From Naegleria gruberi (taxonomy: Eukaryota), in NCBI GenBank assembly GCA_000004985.1, contig GG738873.1: 64,000 nucleotides of DNA; one strand, given 5' to 3'. The notes beneath the pieces are model-generated. The model was not told the origin of the DNA. It did no database searches and saw only the letters and a list, made by a program, of their open reading frames with translations. How positions within the stretch are numbered: position 1 is the first letter of the stretch; each line of letters starts with the position of its first letter. The translations under genes were made by a program, and so were the position numbers. Below are positions 55,701-64,000 of this stretch, in pieces.

Positions 55701-56449
55701 TTAGATTTACCTCATGTAATAATCTTGTCAATCCAAAGATTAATATTAGAGGTAATTTGTCTGTTCTCTCCTTCCAACATTGTGATAACATCAAGATTGA
55801 AAAGTTGAGCACCAACATTACTGGACAAAATATTGATAATATTGAAATTACTGAATGCAAGGGAATGACCAAACTCTCTTGTGATTTACCAACTAAGAGT
55901 TTGAGTGTTAGTGGATGTTCCAAACTTTCCTCTCTCACTCTTTCTCAAACCATTCAAACAATCCTTGTTGAAAAATGTCAAGCTCTCTGTACTATTCAAT
56001 GCCCACAAGAATGCCGTGTGACTGAGCTTAAAGTTAAGGATTGTGAACAATTCTCCTCTGTTCAATTTAGTGGACCAAATCAAGATATGAAGATTCTTGG
56101 ATTTTCAAGATGCCCACGTTTATCTGATATGTGTTTAGCATCCATGTTAAGCAAGTGCCAAACTCTTGAAAAGGCAAGATTAAGTGCTTGCGGTCTTGCT
56201 CGTCCATTTATTAATCATGCCAATTTATCTACTTTACATATTTCTCATTGTCAATACTTGGAAAGAATGAGATTAAAATGTCCAAAGCTTATTACCCTCA
56301 AACTCAATGATTGTCAAGCTTTAAATTCTGTTGTATTTGCTGAAGCTTCACCTGAGCTTAAGAATGTAACATTGAAAGGGCTTTCTGTCTGTGCATCTGA
56401 TAGAGAACTTTTGATGAGATGTTCCAACTCTAGTGTTGCCTCACAATAA
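52721..56449 (+). CDS. F-box / leucine-rich-repeat (FBXL-type, Cys-containing LRR) protein, 1242 aa
   Basis: F-box 'MPHGILVFIMSYISQPMIIHAMMAVCKRWYQISKFSTLWKRIDF'; more than 25 LRR_CC units (..CxNLxxLxLxxCxxLTD..); single exon. Confidence 0.8.
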   Translation: MLPSYLANSPASENNQETNVEFNEQHSLKRKKEEIDKELKAWEIFDEVNKYKDEPSFKKAKKALNQTECCPAGRNLIDNVFMQDCESSDNDSSSDDDQSNGAYKKSCLGLYKSAIPSKASCIMDTSEELPSIIIPARRRRKSANTNSPTSPTIPSNVTNEQVTTLANVSSARSAKKWNSFEMMPHGILVFIMSYISQPMIIHAMMAVCKRWYQISKFSTLWKRIDFNGSFKIKSMSDVVGFLEDFTTLKISDMRKTYALGSTVLMESLGGLGQKEVIYNVQQYEYGLSLQKQEQLGIYKNGGVLLPPKKSRMPHLFGEIILPASCSNLSVETFEKLKEVYPSLSKLVLPMCSTISTVSNTGAFPINADNNSRIQFNTEDIENSISDSVLLQIAKMPYLSYLKVSTHHKLTDQGLNEFSILSKRLESIELDYCLGLTQQSLLHLVKNSKHINTISALSNGNIVLGDQELVELSQYGSHLKELRIDVSNISLPSFATFIKGCRRLQTLFIRGLDCITDKTLDVIFAELRYIRNITIICESPEKTATNKIFSTTISSTTLESFQITGCETLNISFDHCTNLKKVSIDQCKSLTGLQISNSLLVDELKFRSSNIAYVNLSQLINSLPKLREFELFDCQSGETNKTVTFNSDIMRKIIILMCNDIINLEVLCSNLRSMSVDLCANIEKLILKSPKLENLQMFALPQSATPKLKHLFVESDHIQSLNLQKILSLEQIAVKCKSLDSLNVSNLHQLRRLETGPCPKLEKLALGSVFLLFDDHLVSNIISKCPNISMLSISNSVSLNDVSLGVLCNNLPNLQALVISNCQRLWNVNIQSSVLKGIQISDCHLLKYLNLKSENLNKLFIRNCPNVEDSTFDNLSAFSPNIKFVELVNCSMLKSPHLKLPQLVDLHFRECAQLEVPTITSEYLKKLLIVSCTKFSHFNAQSATLSEILLSECPNLNEANLTKSLSQTENIQAIVFDKCKALRAPQLNLDNLKLVRFTSCNNLVNPKINIRGNLSVLSFQHCDNIKIEKLSTNITGQNIDNIEITECKGMTKLSCDLPTKSLSVSGCSKLSSLTLSQTIQTILVEKCQALCTIQCPQECRVTELKVKDCEQFSSVQFSGPNQDMKILGFSRCPRLSDMCLASMLSKCQTLEKARLSACGLARPFINHANLSTLHISHCQYLERMRLKCPKLITLKLNDCQALNSVVFAEASPELKNVTLKGLSVCASDRELLMRCSNSSVASQ

Positions 56450-56612
56450 TATGATGGTTTTTAGTGAGTGTCAATGTTGAGAATGTTGTGTGGTAAGAAT
56501 ACGTCGTTTATTCTCAAATTTTTTCAAAATAAAGCGTGATTTGTACATTTAACTTGTTAATTTCCTCTCAAAGAGTCTTATTGAGCTTATCAGATTACAT
56601 TATTTACAATAT

Positions 56613-58056
56613 TTACATGATGAACAACTTCTTGCCGTCCTCTTCTTGGAATGATTTTCCATCTCTTGGATCAACAAATGTTCCATTATTCTTTGCCATA
56701 TTTTCTGCCACTCCTTTTTGACTGTATACATTTCCATTTGGGAATACAAGAGGCGGATTTAAGTGATCCATTATATCTCCACAAATTGAACAAACAAGTT
56801 TGGAGTGGTGATGGTGAGCGAATGGTAAATCCTTTGCAAGCTCTTTGAATAGTGGATGTGACAGTGGGTCGTTAACATTGATCGAATTCTCATCGTATGA
56901 ATAAGGGGTCTTGAGTGCAGAAAGTCCAGCTTTAAGAAGTTTGAAAAGGGTGGCCTCCTCAGTCATTCCATAAAGTTTGTAATTCTCCTTATTGAACTCT
57001 TCCACCAATTCATCCCATCTCTTATCATCGTACAATTCCTTATATCCTGCCATTAGAGTTTTTGGTCCAAATGCAAGAGCAGCCATAATTTTCTTTACAG
57101 TATTAGTTTGTTCAGGTGTTATTTTACAAGAGTTATCGTCTTCATTTGTTGTTGTTGCTGCTGATGAATTACCCTTATCTACAATAGGATTAGTTAGGTA
57201 TTTTCTTGCATGAATAACAGCTTCCATTTTCTTATCTTGCTTTGATAATTCAATAAATTCCTGAACTCTAAGATCAAACTCTATATTGCTCTGAATTTTT
57301 CCAATAAATTGTTACATAATAAGTCAACATATTGATGCAAATGTAAACATATAAATAATTATTACACAAAATAGTCATTCACACAATTATTAGAATAATT
57401 AAAGCAATTCAAGTAAATTAAATCCAACTTACTGATATCTTTCTCAATCTTGATCTGTTCTCCGAGCACCACTTAAGAGCTGGACCACAATCATTATTTT
57501 TCAAACCCTCAATAATTCCTCTAATTTGAATAAACACTTGAGTATTTACCAAGTGCTTAATCTTTTCCGAATCAGCCAAGGCTAGAGCAGTTTCATAATG
57601 TCCAAATCGAAGAAGATAATCTACCAACACTCTACTCACTCTCACCCTTCTCCAATTGGAAAGAGTACGATACTGATTATCATCAATATTGGAGGTAGAC
57701 TTTCTTCTTGATATGGCTCCATCAATGAGTGGATATTCATTGAGGTGATCGATACGATCCTTGCACGTATTCAATAATTGTGTTTCTTCAATGTTGGTTT
57801 CTTCCAACTTTCTCTTAACTCCTCTCAACTTGGTTACAACCTTATCGAGAAAATTAGTTTGATCTTGAATGGAGAGGTTTTGTTTTGAAGCCTTTTGAAG
57901 CATTTCCTTCATGGCCTTTTCTAATATTGATAAATCCTTCTCAACCGATTTTTGTGATGATCTAAACTCAAAGTTTAGCATTTCAAAGGGTACCTGAAGT
58001 AAATCATGTTCCGATTCTAATTCTTTGGAGGTTGAATGAGACAATGATGAAGACAT
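56613..58056 (-). CDS. maea: MAEA/Fyv10-type CTLH-complex E3 ubiquitin-ligase subunit (LisH-CTLH-CRA + degenerate RING); 2 exons (58056..57433, 57290..56613)
   Basis: 'VLVDYLLRFGHYETALALADSEKIKHLVNTQVFIQIRGIIEGL..ALKWCSENRSRLRKI' (LisH/CTLH) and C-terminus 'SKLVCSICGDIMDHLNPPLVFPNGNVYSQKGV..FVDPRDGKSFQEEDGKKLFIM' parallel human MAEA '..[27 protein letters not shown]..KVYIM'; 142-nt intron with GTAAGT donor. Confidence 0.85.
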
Positions 58057-58227
58057 TTTTTAAAAGGAATGTATCTTGAATAGTATTGGATGTATTAATA
58101 AACGATAATAAGACTGGAAGATTAAAAGATAATCTAATCAAATATTCTAATACTATCACAAGTTCTACAAAATAATAATTCTAAATTTGATTTTTAAATA
58201 TATTTTTTTTATAGTGGAAAAAACAAC

Positions 58228-58641
58228 TTATTGGGTTTCTTCAGTCTTCAATCTGGCAGTAGCGTTCAAAACCTTGATGTCCAATTCCTTAGCTCTTTCA
58301 ACAATTTGCTTTCTCTTTTGAGCACCAGTCTTAGCAGAAATGACGGCAGCATACTTGTTGTTATGCATCAACAAGACTTCGAGATCCTTAGCATTAGCGA
58401 CAACGTATGGGATCAATCTAGTCTTTCTGTCGTGGAATCTGGAGACCTTAGCAGTACCGAAACCAGATGAAGGCAAAGCTCCGTGACCTCTGTAGTGTCT
58501 TCTCAAAGGGTTATCAATACCGTGTGGACATCTCCAGGTGGTCTTTTGGGCCAATCTGGTGAATTTGTGGGCATCGAAACGTCTAAACTTCTTGTCTCTC
58601 TTGTGGACAGGCTTGACTCTCAAAGCTGGTGTGACGGACAT
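58228..58641 (-). CDS. rpl32: 60S ribosomal protein L32 (eL32)
   Basis: 'MSVTPALRVKPVHKRDKKFRRFDAHKFTRLAQKTTWRCPHGIDNPLRRHYRGHGALPSSGFGTAKVSRFHDRKTRLIPYVVANAKDLEVLLMHNNKYAAVISAKTGAQKRKQIVERAKELDIKVLNATARLKTEE' co-linear with human RPL32; the longer ORF to 58845 is upstream read-through. Confidence 0.9.
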   Translation of the reverse strand: MSVTPALRVKPVHKRDKKFRRFDAHKFTRLAQKTTWRCPHGIDNPLRRHYRGHGALPSSGFGTAKVSRFHDRKTRLIPYVVANAKDLEVLLMHNNKYAAVISAKTGAQKRKQIVERAKELDIKVLNATARLKTEETQ

Positions 58642-59315
58642 TGTGAGATATTTTTTTTCAACAAAATTTTTAATCAACAAGACTATTAGATTTTTACAAT
58701 GAAAATTTTTTGTGCAATAAAATTCAAGCATAAAAATTTTGAAGCAACAACAAGCTTGGCATAGCTTCTTCATCATGTCCCATAGATGATTATTTATGTA
58801 AAGATGGTACGGAAGTCGTGATACTTGACTTGAAAACACTAACACGTACCAACAATACGAGAGGAAGAATTTGTTGAAGGAATTAGCAGCTTATCCTATT
58901 AATATTATAATTATATGTTCATCAATGACAAAGCAAACACCACTACAAACTAATATTGCAGCCAGTAGTTGCTTCTCTAGCTAATAATTATAATATATTA
59001 ATTATAGGATATATATAATTAAATAATATTGGAGTTATAGGAGAAAGATTTAACTTGATTAATAACAACATAACAACCAGTCTTCAAATACCCTTCTGGT
59101 ACTTGATGTGATACGGACAACAATTATCTACCAGTATGAATCAAATGATTATTCCATGATCACATTATTAACACTACACAAATCTAAAGAATTCAAAGTC
59201 TTGGTATATCTTAATGTATTGGAAGGAACTTCTGGCACTCTTTCAAGTAATTACGACCAAGTAGAATTCAAATATTTACTGAGTGGATGTCTTGGAAAGG
59301 TTCTAAACAACATCT

Positions 59316-60005
59316 TTATTCAGATTTACATTGATCAATTGGTGGACAAATATCTGGTACCTTAAACACATTTGGATCAACACTCTCAACCATATTATAA
59401 TTATTTTCCAAGCTACTTCCAAATGAATCTTGTGAGTAGGTATTTAAAATCCAACAATTCTCGCTCTGAGATGGATTATCATTGAAAATGAAAGTCTCCA
59501 TGAATTGCTGTTGCGATTTGGAGACAATTCTCTTTGCATCTAAATGACCAATTCTGACCTTGCTGATATTTCCTTGATTTGGAAGACAGAACCAATCGAA
59601 ATCATATTGATATTTGACACATCCACATTGATTATTCATGATTTCAAAGTTGACATATTGGGAGCCAGCAATTCTGAATGTGTAGAGGATGTGAGGAGTT
59701 GGTTGACCAGTAGGTGATTTGGAGACTTCTTGTCTAATCTTTCCTAATTTATAATCTGCATAGAATGAGGAAGTGCCATTAAAAGAATTAATCATGGAAT
59801 TTGGGGTGAAAAAAATGTAATCACCAAGCATGGAGACAGTTCTTGGTAAACAACATAAATTACCTGCTGATCCTCTCTTTTTAGACAAACTTTTGGAAGT
59901 TTCGAATAGTTTACTGAGAGGAGTCAAAGAGAAATTGGTGCCACAGGTCACAGAAGAAATTGTAAGGATGGTTAAAAACAATGCATAGAGAAGTGATTTG
60001 TTCAT
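59316..60005 (-). CDS. Secreted Cys-containing hypothetical protein
   Basis: Signal peptide MNKSLLYALFLTILTISSVTCG; 229 aa, 10 Cys. Confidence 0.5.
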   Translation of the reverse strand: MNKSLLYALFLTILTISSVTCGTNFSLTPLSKLFETSKSLSKKRGSAGNLCCLPRTVSMLGDYIFFTPNSMINSFNGTSSFYADYKLGKIRQEVSKSPTGQPTPHILYTFRIAGSQYVNFEIMNNQCGCVKYQYDFDWFCLPNQGNISKVRIGHLDAKRIVSKSQQQFMETFIFNDNPSQSENCWILNTYSQDSFGSSLENNYNMVESVDPNVFKVPDICPPIDQCKSE

Positions 60006-60619
60006 TTTTTAATAAAGGAGTTGATTAGTTGTTGATCTTTCGGCTAAACATTAAGTAATCCATAGGGTTTCCAACTTGATTCCAATCTAAAATTTGGACA
60101 CCATTCTCCTGAGCCATTCTCTCCGTACCAACTCCACTTCCAAAACAATTAATTGAAATGCTCATTAGTGGCGTTGTAATTGATCTGGCAGTAATCCCAC
60201 AACTATGTTTGGGAGAAATATTTGAAATACTTTGAATCGAGGTAAGATGGATCCTATCTTAATGAAAAACCAAGTAGTACCTTACACATTATTTGGGTTT
60301 CCGAGCTGTTAATACGAAACTGTACTGTAACTAATGAAACTAAACATTCGGAAGAATATATACCAAGATGCATTTGAAGGTAATTCTTGAATTACTTGTG
60401 GTGAAGATGATACACCATACTATTCCGATCATGAAGAATAAAATGTTGGTATTACTATTGAAATGATCTTTTGTCAAATTTTCTTATCATCCATTAACTA
60501 TCTATTTGCATTATGAAGATTAAAATATACAACAATAATTCAATGAATCAGAAAAATCACTAAACCTTTTCACAATAAGTTATATATTAATGTACAATGA
60601 TGATTAGAGAGTTTCTAAT

Positions 60620-61447
60620 CTATTCCTTCTTTGACTTCTTACTAGACAATGCCTTGATAATACCCTTAGTGAGTTTAGTGAACCACATGATATTCAAAAA
60701 GGCCAAATTCAAACATTGGAGAAGCCAAAAACCGAGAGCAATCCAACCATTAACACCCTTTTCACCAACATAATTCATCCAAGCTCCCCAAGTATGAACA
60801 AAGAAGAGAATATTAAAGACAACATATCCAAGTCTAAAGATTGCCCATGAAAGCCACATCATTAATCCGTTCAAGACATAGATCATTGCTTCCTTGAAGC
60901 CTCCCTTCTCCAAGAACCATCTACCATTAATAAAAACAGTAGTATGTTCAGTCAATGTGACCCAGACACCCAAAATTTGAGCAACCTTCAATTGAACAAG
61001 TGCAATTTGAGCACCAGCAATACAAACATGGTGAATAATCATTTCAATTCCTCCAATTTGTGGATAATAATAAAAGACAAACAATAAATCAATAATCATA
61101 TAACCAGTTGAATAGTAAAAGATACATTCAGCATATAAAGAAGTGTGAAGGAAATCCCATTCAGACAAAAACTTGATATCATTCAATAAAATCCATCCTC
61201 CGACAAATCCCATCACAAATGAGTGAATTGAAGAAATGATACGTGATTCGTATTCATTTCGATCTTTGAGTTGAAGAGAATTGTAAAACTTTGGAAGGAG
61301 AATTGTTTTACAAAGAATTTTCATAACAAATAAATAGAGCAAGAGATTTCCGACCAAACTTGCCAACAATACTTGATGAGGAGTTGAAATTCCATAAGAA
61401 GACAAACTTTGATGCACGTCTTGAACAATTTGAATCACTCCACTCAT
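60620..61447 (-). CDS. TLC (TRAM/LAG1/CLN8)-domain multi-pass membrane protein
   Basis: Six hydrophobic helices; conserved TLC 'EMIIHHV' His-His motif and 'W..L..F' helices. Confidence 0.65.
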   Translation of the reverse strand: MSGVIQIVQDVHQSLSSYGISTPHQVLLASLVGNLLLYLFVMKILCKTILLPKFYNSLQLKDRNEYESRIISSIHSFVMGFVGGWILLNDIKFLSEWDFLHTSLYAECIFYYSTGYMIIDLLFVFYYYPQIGGIEMIIHHVCIAGAQIALVQLKVAQILGVWVTLTEHTTVFINGRWFLEKGGFKEAMIYVLNGLMMWLSWAIFRLGYVVFNILFFVHTWGAWMNYVGEKGVNGWIALGFWLLQCLNLAFLNIMWFTKLTKGIIKALSSKKSKKE

Positions 61448-61892
61448 TCTCTAATCTTACTTTTTTTTACTTTACTCTTATATAACTTTAGATAACTATC
61501 AGTTGTTGTTGTTGTTGTTGTACGGTTACTTCAACACTCTACTAATCACTACACTCCCGATAATGATGATGTGAAAGAAAAAAGGGCGAACAGCAATCGC
61601 TTTAATTTTTTTCAAATAAAAAACACAAACTCCTCTGTTATGAGAGTTTCGATACAATAATTGCGCCAATCATCACTATCGATAATTCCTCCATGTGAGG
61701 AGGAAGAAATTTGGATGTTTTGGTGTTGACGTGCGCAGGCATTTATCTAATGATTGGATTTGGATAAAATACGGAGAGTTTTTGAATCTTCATAATTGGT
61801 TTGATTGGATTACAATTTACAAAAAACTGCAATTCAGCATGGATGACTTGAGGGAGGACTCAATGAAGTTAAAAAATTGTTGATTTTATTTA

Positions 61893-62852
61893 TTAAGGAA
61901 GTGGTCTTGCGTGTGCTTTAATTTCTTCAACTTTTTCCTTAATCCAGGATTTGAGTGAGTGATCTTCTGGTTTTGCTTCTTCTTTGAGAGTTTCGTGCAT
62001 GATTGGTACTTCACCTTCCTTGAATTGAACTGTTTCAGGATTGGCATTTGGAACGTATTGAGGCATGGTGGTACGAAGATGTTCTTCTTGGAGAGGATTG
62101 TTAGTCAATCTCACTTGTTCTTCTGGAGTGAGAGTTTCTTTGAAGGTATCTTTGAGATGTTGGTTGGTGGCTTTGGCCTTATCGAGAAGTTCGTCTCTGG
62201 TTTCGTATCCAGTTTCTTTAAGGTCTTGGACAGTTTCTTTGAGAGTGTCTTTCCATTCAGAACCTGTTTCCTTGATGTTATCCTTCATGTCATAGGCCTT
62301 ATTGACTACATTTTCCTTGACATCAGCTGCCTTGTCCATCACTTTCTCTTTCACGTCACTTGCCTTGTCCATCACTGTATCCTTGACATCGGCTGCTTTA
62401 TCCATCACTGTATCTTTCGCATCAGCAGCTTTATCTTTCATTTCATAAGCTTTATCCATAACTGTCTCCTTCACATCAGCAGCCTTATCTTCCCACTCAC
62501 CAATCTTGGTTTTAATTCCTTCCTTCAAGTCGTGTGCCTTCTTCTTGATCGTATCCTTCCAATCTGAAGCAGTTTCCTTGATCGTATCCTTCTTGTCTCT
62601 CAAATAATCTTTGGTTTCATCGTAGGATTCTTTGATGTTGTCCTTAATCGAATCCTTGACATTCTCAACTCTTTCTTTCAAATTGTCCTTGAGCATTTCC
62701 TTCTTTTGAATATCGACTGGAACAATCTTTTCATTGGCTGGTGTCTTGGCTGGATTGCTGGAGGCACTGTACAGTGCTAATTGAATGACGAAACCTATTA
62801 GAATTGCAAATACGAAACCTGTTAAAAGTCTCTTATCAATTTGAAAATCCAT
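61893..62852 (-). CDS. Membrane-anchored LEA-like (group-3 type) protein with tandem 11-residue 'MDKAADVKDTV' repeats
   Basis: N-terminal TM 'LLTGFVFAILIGFVIQLALY'; charged K/D/E-rich 11-mers (KDTIKETASDW, KAADVKETVMD, KAADAKDTVMD, KAADVKDTVMD, KASDVKEKVMD, KAADVKENVVN); start taken at MDFQIDK Met. Confidence 0.6.
   Translation of the reverse strand: MDFQIDKRLLTGFVFAILIGFVIQLALYSASSNPAKTPANEKIVPVDIQKKEMLKDNLKERVENVKDSIKDNIKESYDETKDYLRDKKDTIKETASDWKDTIKKKAHDLKEGIKTKIGEWEDKAADVKETVMDKAYEMKDKAADAKDTVMDKAADVKDTVMDKASDVKEKVMDKAADVKENVVNKAYDMKDNIKETGSEWKDTLKETVQDLKETGYETRDELLDKAKATNQHLKDTFKETLTPEEQVRLTNNPLQEEHLRTTMPQYVPNANPETVQFKEGEVPIMHETLKEEAKPEDHSLKSWIKEKVEEIKAHARPLP
62296..62490. repeat. 33-bp tandem repeat (about x5) encoding the LEA-like 11-mers
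   Basis: ccttgtccatcactgtatccttgacatcggctg-type units repeated head-to-tail. Confidence 0.7.
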
Positions 62853-63180
62853 TCTTGTTGTTTTTTTGCTAATTTTCTTCCAATGGATTGTAAAGCAGGT
62901 AGTTTTCAATAAAACGGTTATTCTGTTTGGGAAGTTTTCATTATAGAAACTTGCTCTAATAGAATTTATTCACATGGATGTTATACATTTCCATTTATGA
63001 GCATTTTTATATATGGAAATTCACAATTTTCAGAATTATTGGACTCAATTATTTGAGACCTGATGAGCAACTGCATGTTTCAACTATTAGAATTTCATCA
63101 CACAAGGAAAATGTCCAAGTTTGCAAATATAAATTGAATAATTCCATAATAAATATTGAACTGTTGCTGTTTTATAAATC

Positions 63181-64000
63181 TTAATCACTGTACAGAGTTT
63201 CGTATGTTATATAATTTCGATATCTTGGTATGTATCTTATTTTTGTATAAATGTTCATGTCGTGATCTTCTGGGCTGAGCTTGTCAATTAAATTGAGAGC
63301 TGTATGGTATAGTTTTGCAAGATTTTCCCTATTTTCCACTTTCCAACAAGTATCTTTCGAATAGATATCTTTATCCAATTGAGAATATTGATAATTTTGA
63401 TAGAATGTTTCACAATACTCTACGAATGGAACATATTCACCATTGTAATTGATGCAATGTACCTGTTCCAACAAAGTTTTGAAGGCATGTAAACAACCAA
63501 CTTTCCATATTCTTTCTTCTGGATTCCAATCATGATATATTTCACAAATTTTCACAAGACATTCAATATTGAGTGAGTGAGTGATAAATTTTCCCAAAAT
63601 GGTAAGGGCATCAATTGCCTCAAACCAATTAAATTCAAATTCTGCAAATAATGACCCAACAAATTTGTTAACATACTCATCATAGTATGAATCAGGTCTA
63701 TTTCCTCCATCTAATTCATTCATTTTGTGAATTAGTTTTACAAGATCAAATTTTGGATATTTGTCAAAGTAATTATTGAAATAATGTGTAATGGCACCAT
63801 ATGGTTTTGTGAGGAAAGTGTTCATAAAGTTGTGAGCTATACCTAAATGATCTAAGACACATTCATATGGATCAAAATCCGGTAGTATTTCAATAATTTT
63901 CATCACTTCCTTATCTCTGAATTGATACTTATGAAGAAGGAGTTTCATATTCAAATGGTCAATCAGTTCACATTTAAACAACACATGCAAAAAATCAAAT
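63181..64000 (-). CDS. Hypothetical protein, 3' part only (5' end lies beyond the window edge)
   Basis: 269-aa ORF open to the window boundary; stop at 63181. Confidence 0.45.
   Translation of the reverse strand, partial: FDFLHVLFKCELIDHLNMKLLLHKYQFRDKEVMKIIEILPDFDPYECVLDHLGIAHNFMNTFLTKPYGAITHYFNNYFDKYPKFDLVKLIHKMNELDGGNRPDSYYDEYVNKFVGSLFAEFEFNWFEAIDALTILGKFITHSLNIECLVKICEIYHDWNPEERIWKVGCLHAFKTLLEQVHCINYNGEYVPFVEYCETFYQNYQYSQLDKDIYSKDTCWKVENRENLAKLYHTALNLIDKLSPEDHDMNIYTKIRYIPRYRNYITYETLYSD

Noticed and set aside
58642-58845. N-terminal 68 aa of ORF 58228..58845 (MLVFSSQVSRLPYH..)
   Set aside because: RPL32 homology starts at the internal Met (MSVTPALRV) at 58641. The upstream part is non-conserved read-through of the 5' flank.
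60040-60195. About 50-codon minus-strand ORF (MSISINCFGSGVGTERMAQENGVQILDWNQVGNPMDYL..)
   Set aside because: Below confident size and no recognisable motif. Could be a small gene or chance ORF. Not called.
1-64000. Prokaryotic-style features (CRISPR arrays, operons, RBS, integrons)
   Set aside because: The window is clearly eukaryotic: spliceosomal GTAAGT introns, Pol III 5S and tRNA genes, STAT/RanBP1/14-3-3/MAEA genes. There are no direct-repeat/spacer arrays.

Overview
This window reads as a eukaryotic nuclear chromosome segment from a dictyostelid social amoeba, probably not D. discoideum itself. The protein-coding regions are moderately AT-rich, the intergenic DNA is extremely AT-rich, and many proteins carry poly-Asn/Ser/Thr tracts. 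Start codons sit in A-rich contexts and introns begin with GTAAGT. Three dispersed 5S rRNA genes carry the dictyostelid-type 'GGTTGGAGACAAC' helix sequence. I call about 38 protein-coding genes on both strands. Many have one to four introns, and several introns are only 38-52 nt long.

Recognisable genes: a STAT (SH2) factor, a purple acid phosphatase, an LRAT/NlpC-P60-like protein, RanBP1, PIG-C, MAEA (CTLH E3 subunit), RPL32, a TLC-domain protein, a thioredoxin-domain protein, an NHL-repeat receptor kinase, a huge F-box/LRR protein and a highly divergent 14-3-3.

Unusual items:
- The three dispersed 5S genes each abut a protein-coding gene; one sits directly next to a truncated kinase fragment.
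- A tandem pair of intron-containing, GPI-anchored, bacterial-type solute-binding-protein (SBP_bac_3) genes.
- Two different F-box/small-GTPase fusion genes: Kelch+F-box+Rho-like, and F-box+Ras-like (the latter with an apparent frameshift).
- A ZZ-finger + ACSL-type adenylation + PCP + reductase gene (carboxylic-acid-reductase-like).
- An adhesion-GPCR-like receptor with a C-terminal RGS-like domain.
- Two small or medium proteins built from perfect 11-residue (33-bp) tandem repeats.
- One intact tRNA-Lys(CUU) plus a truncated tRNA-Asp(GUC) remnant.

There are no prokaryotic features such as CRISPR arrays or operons. All calls rest on reading the sequence and motif recall; no database search was possible.
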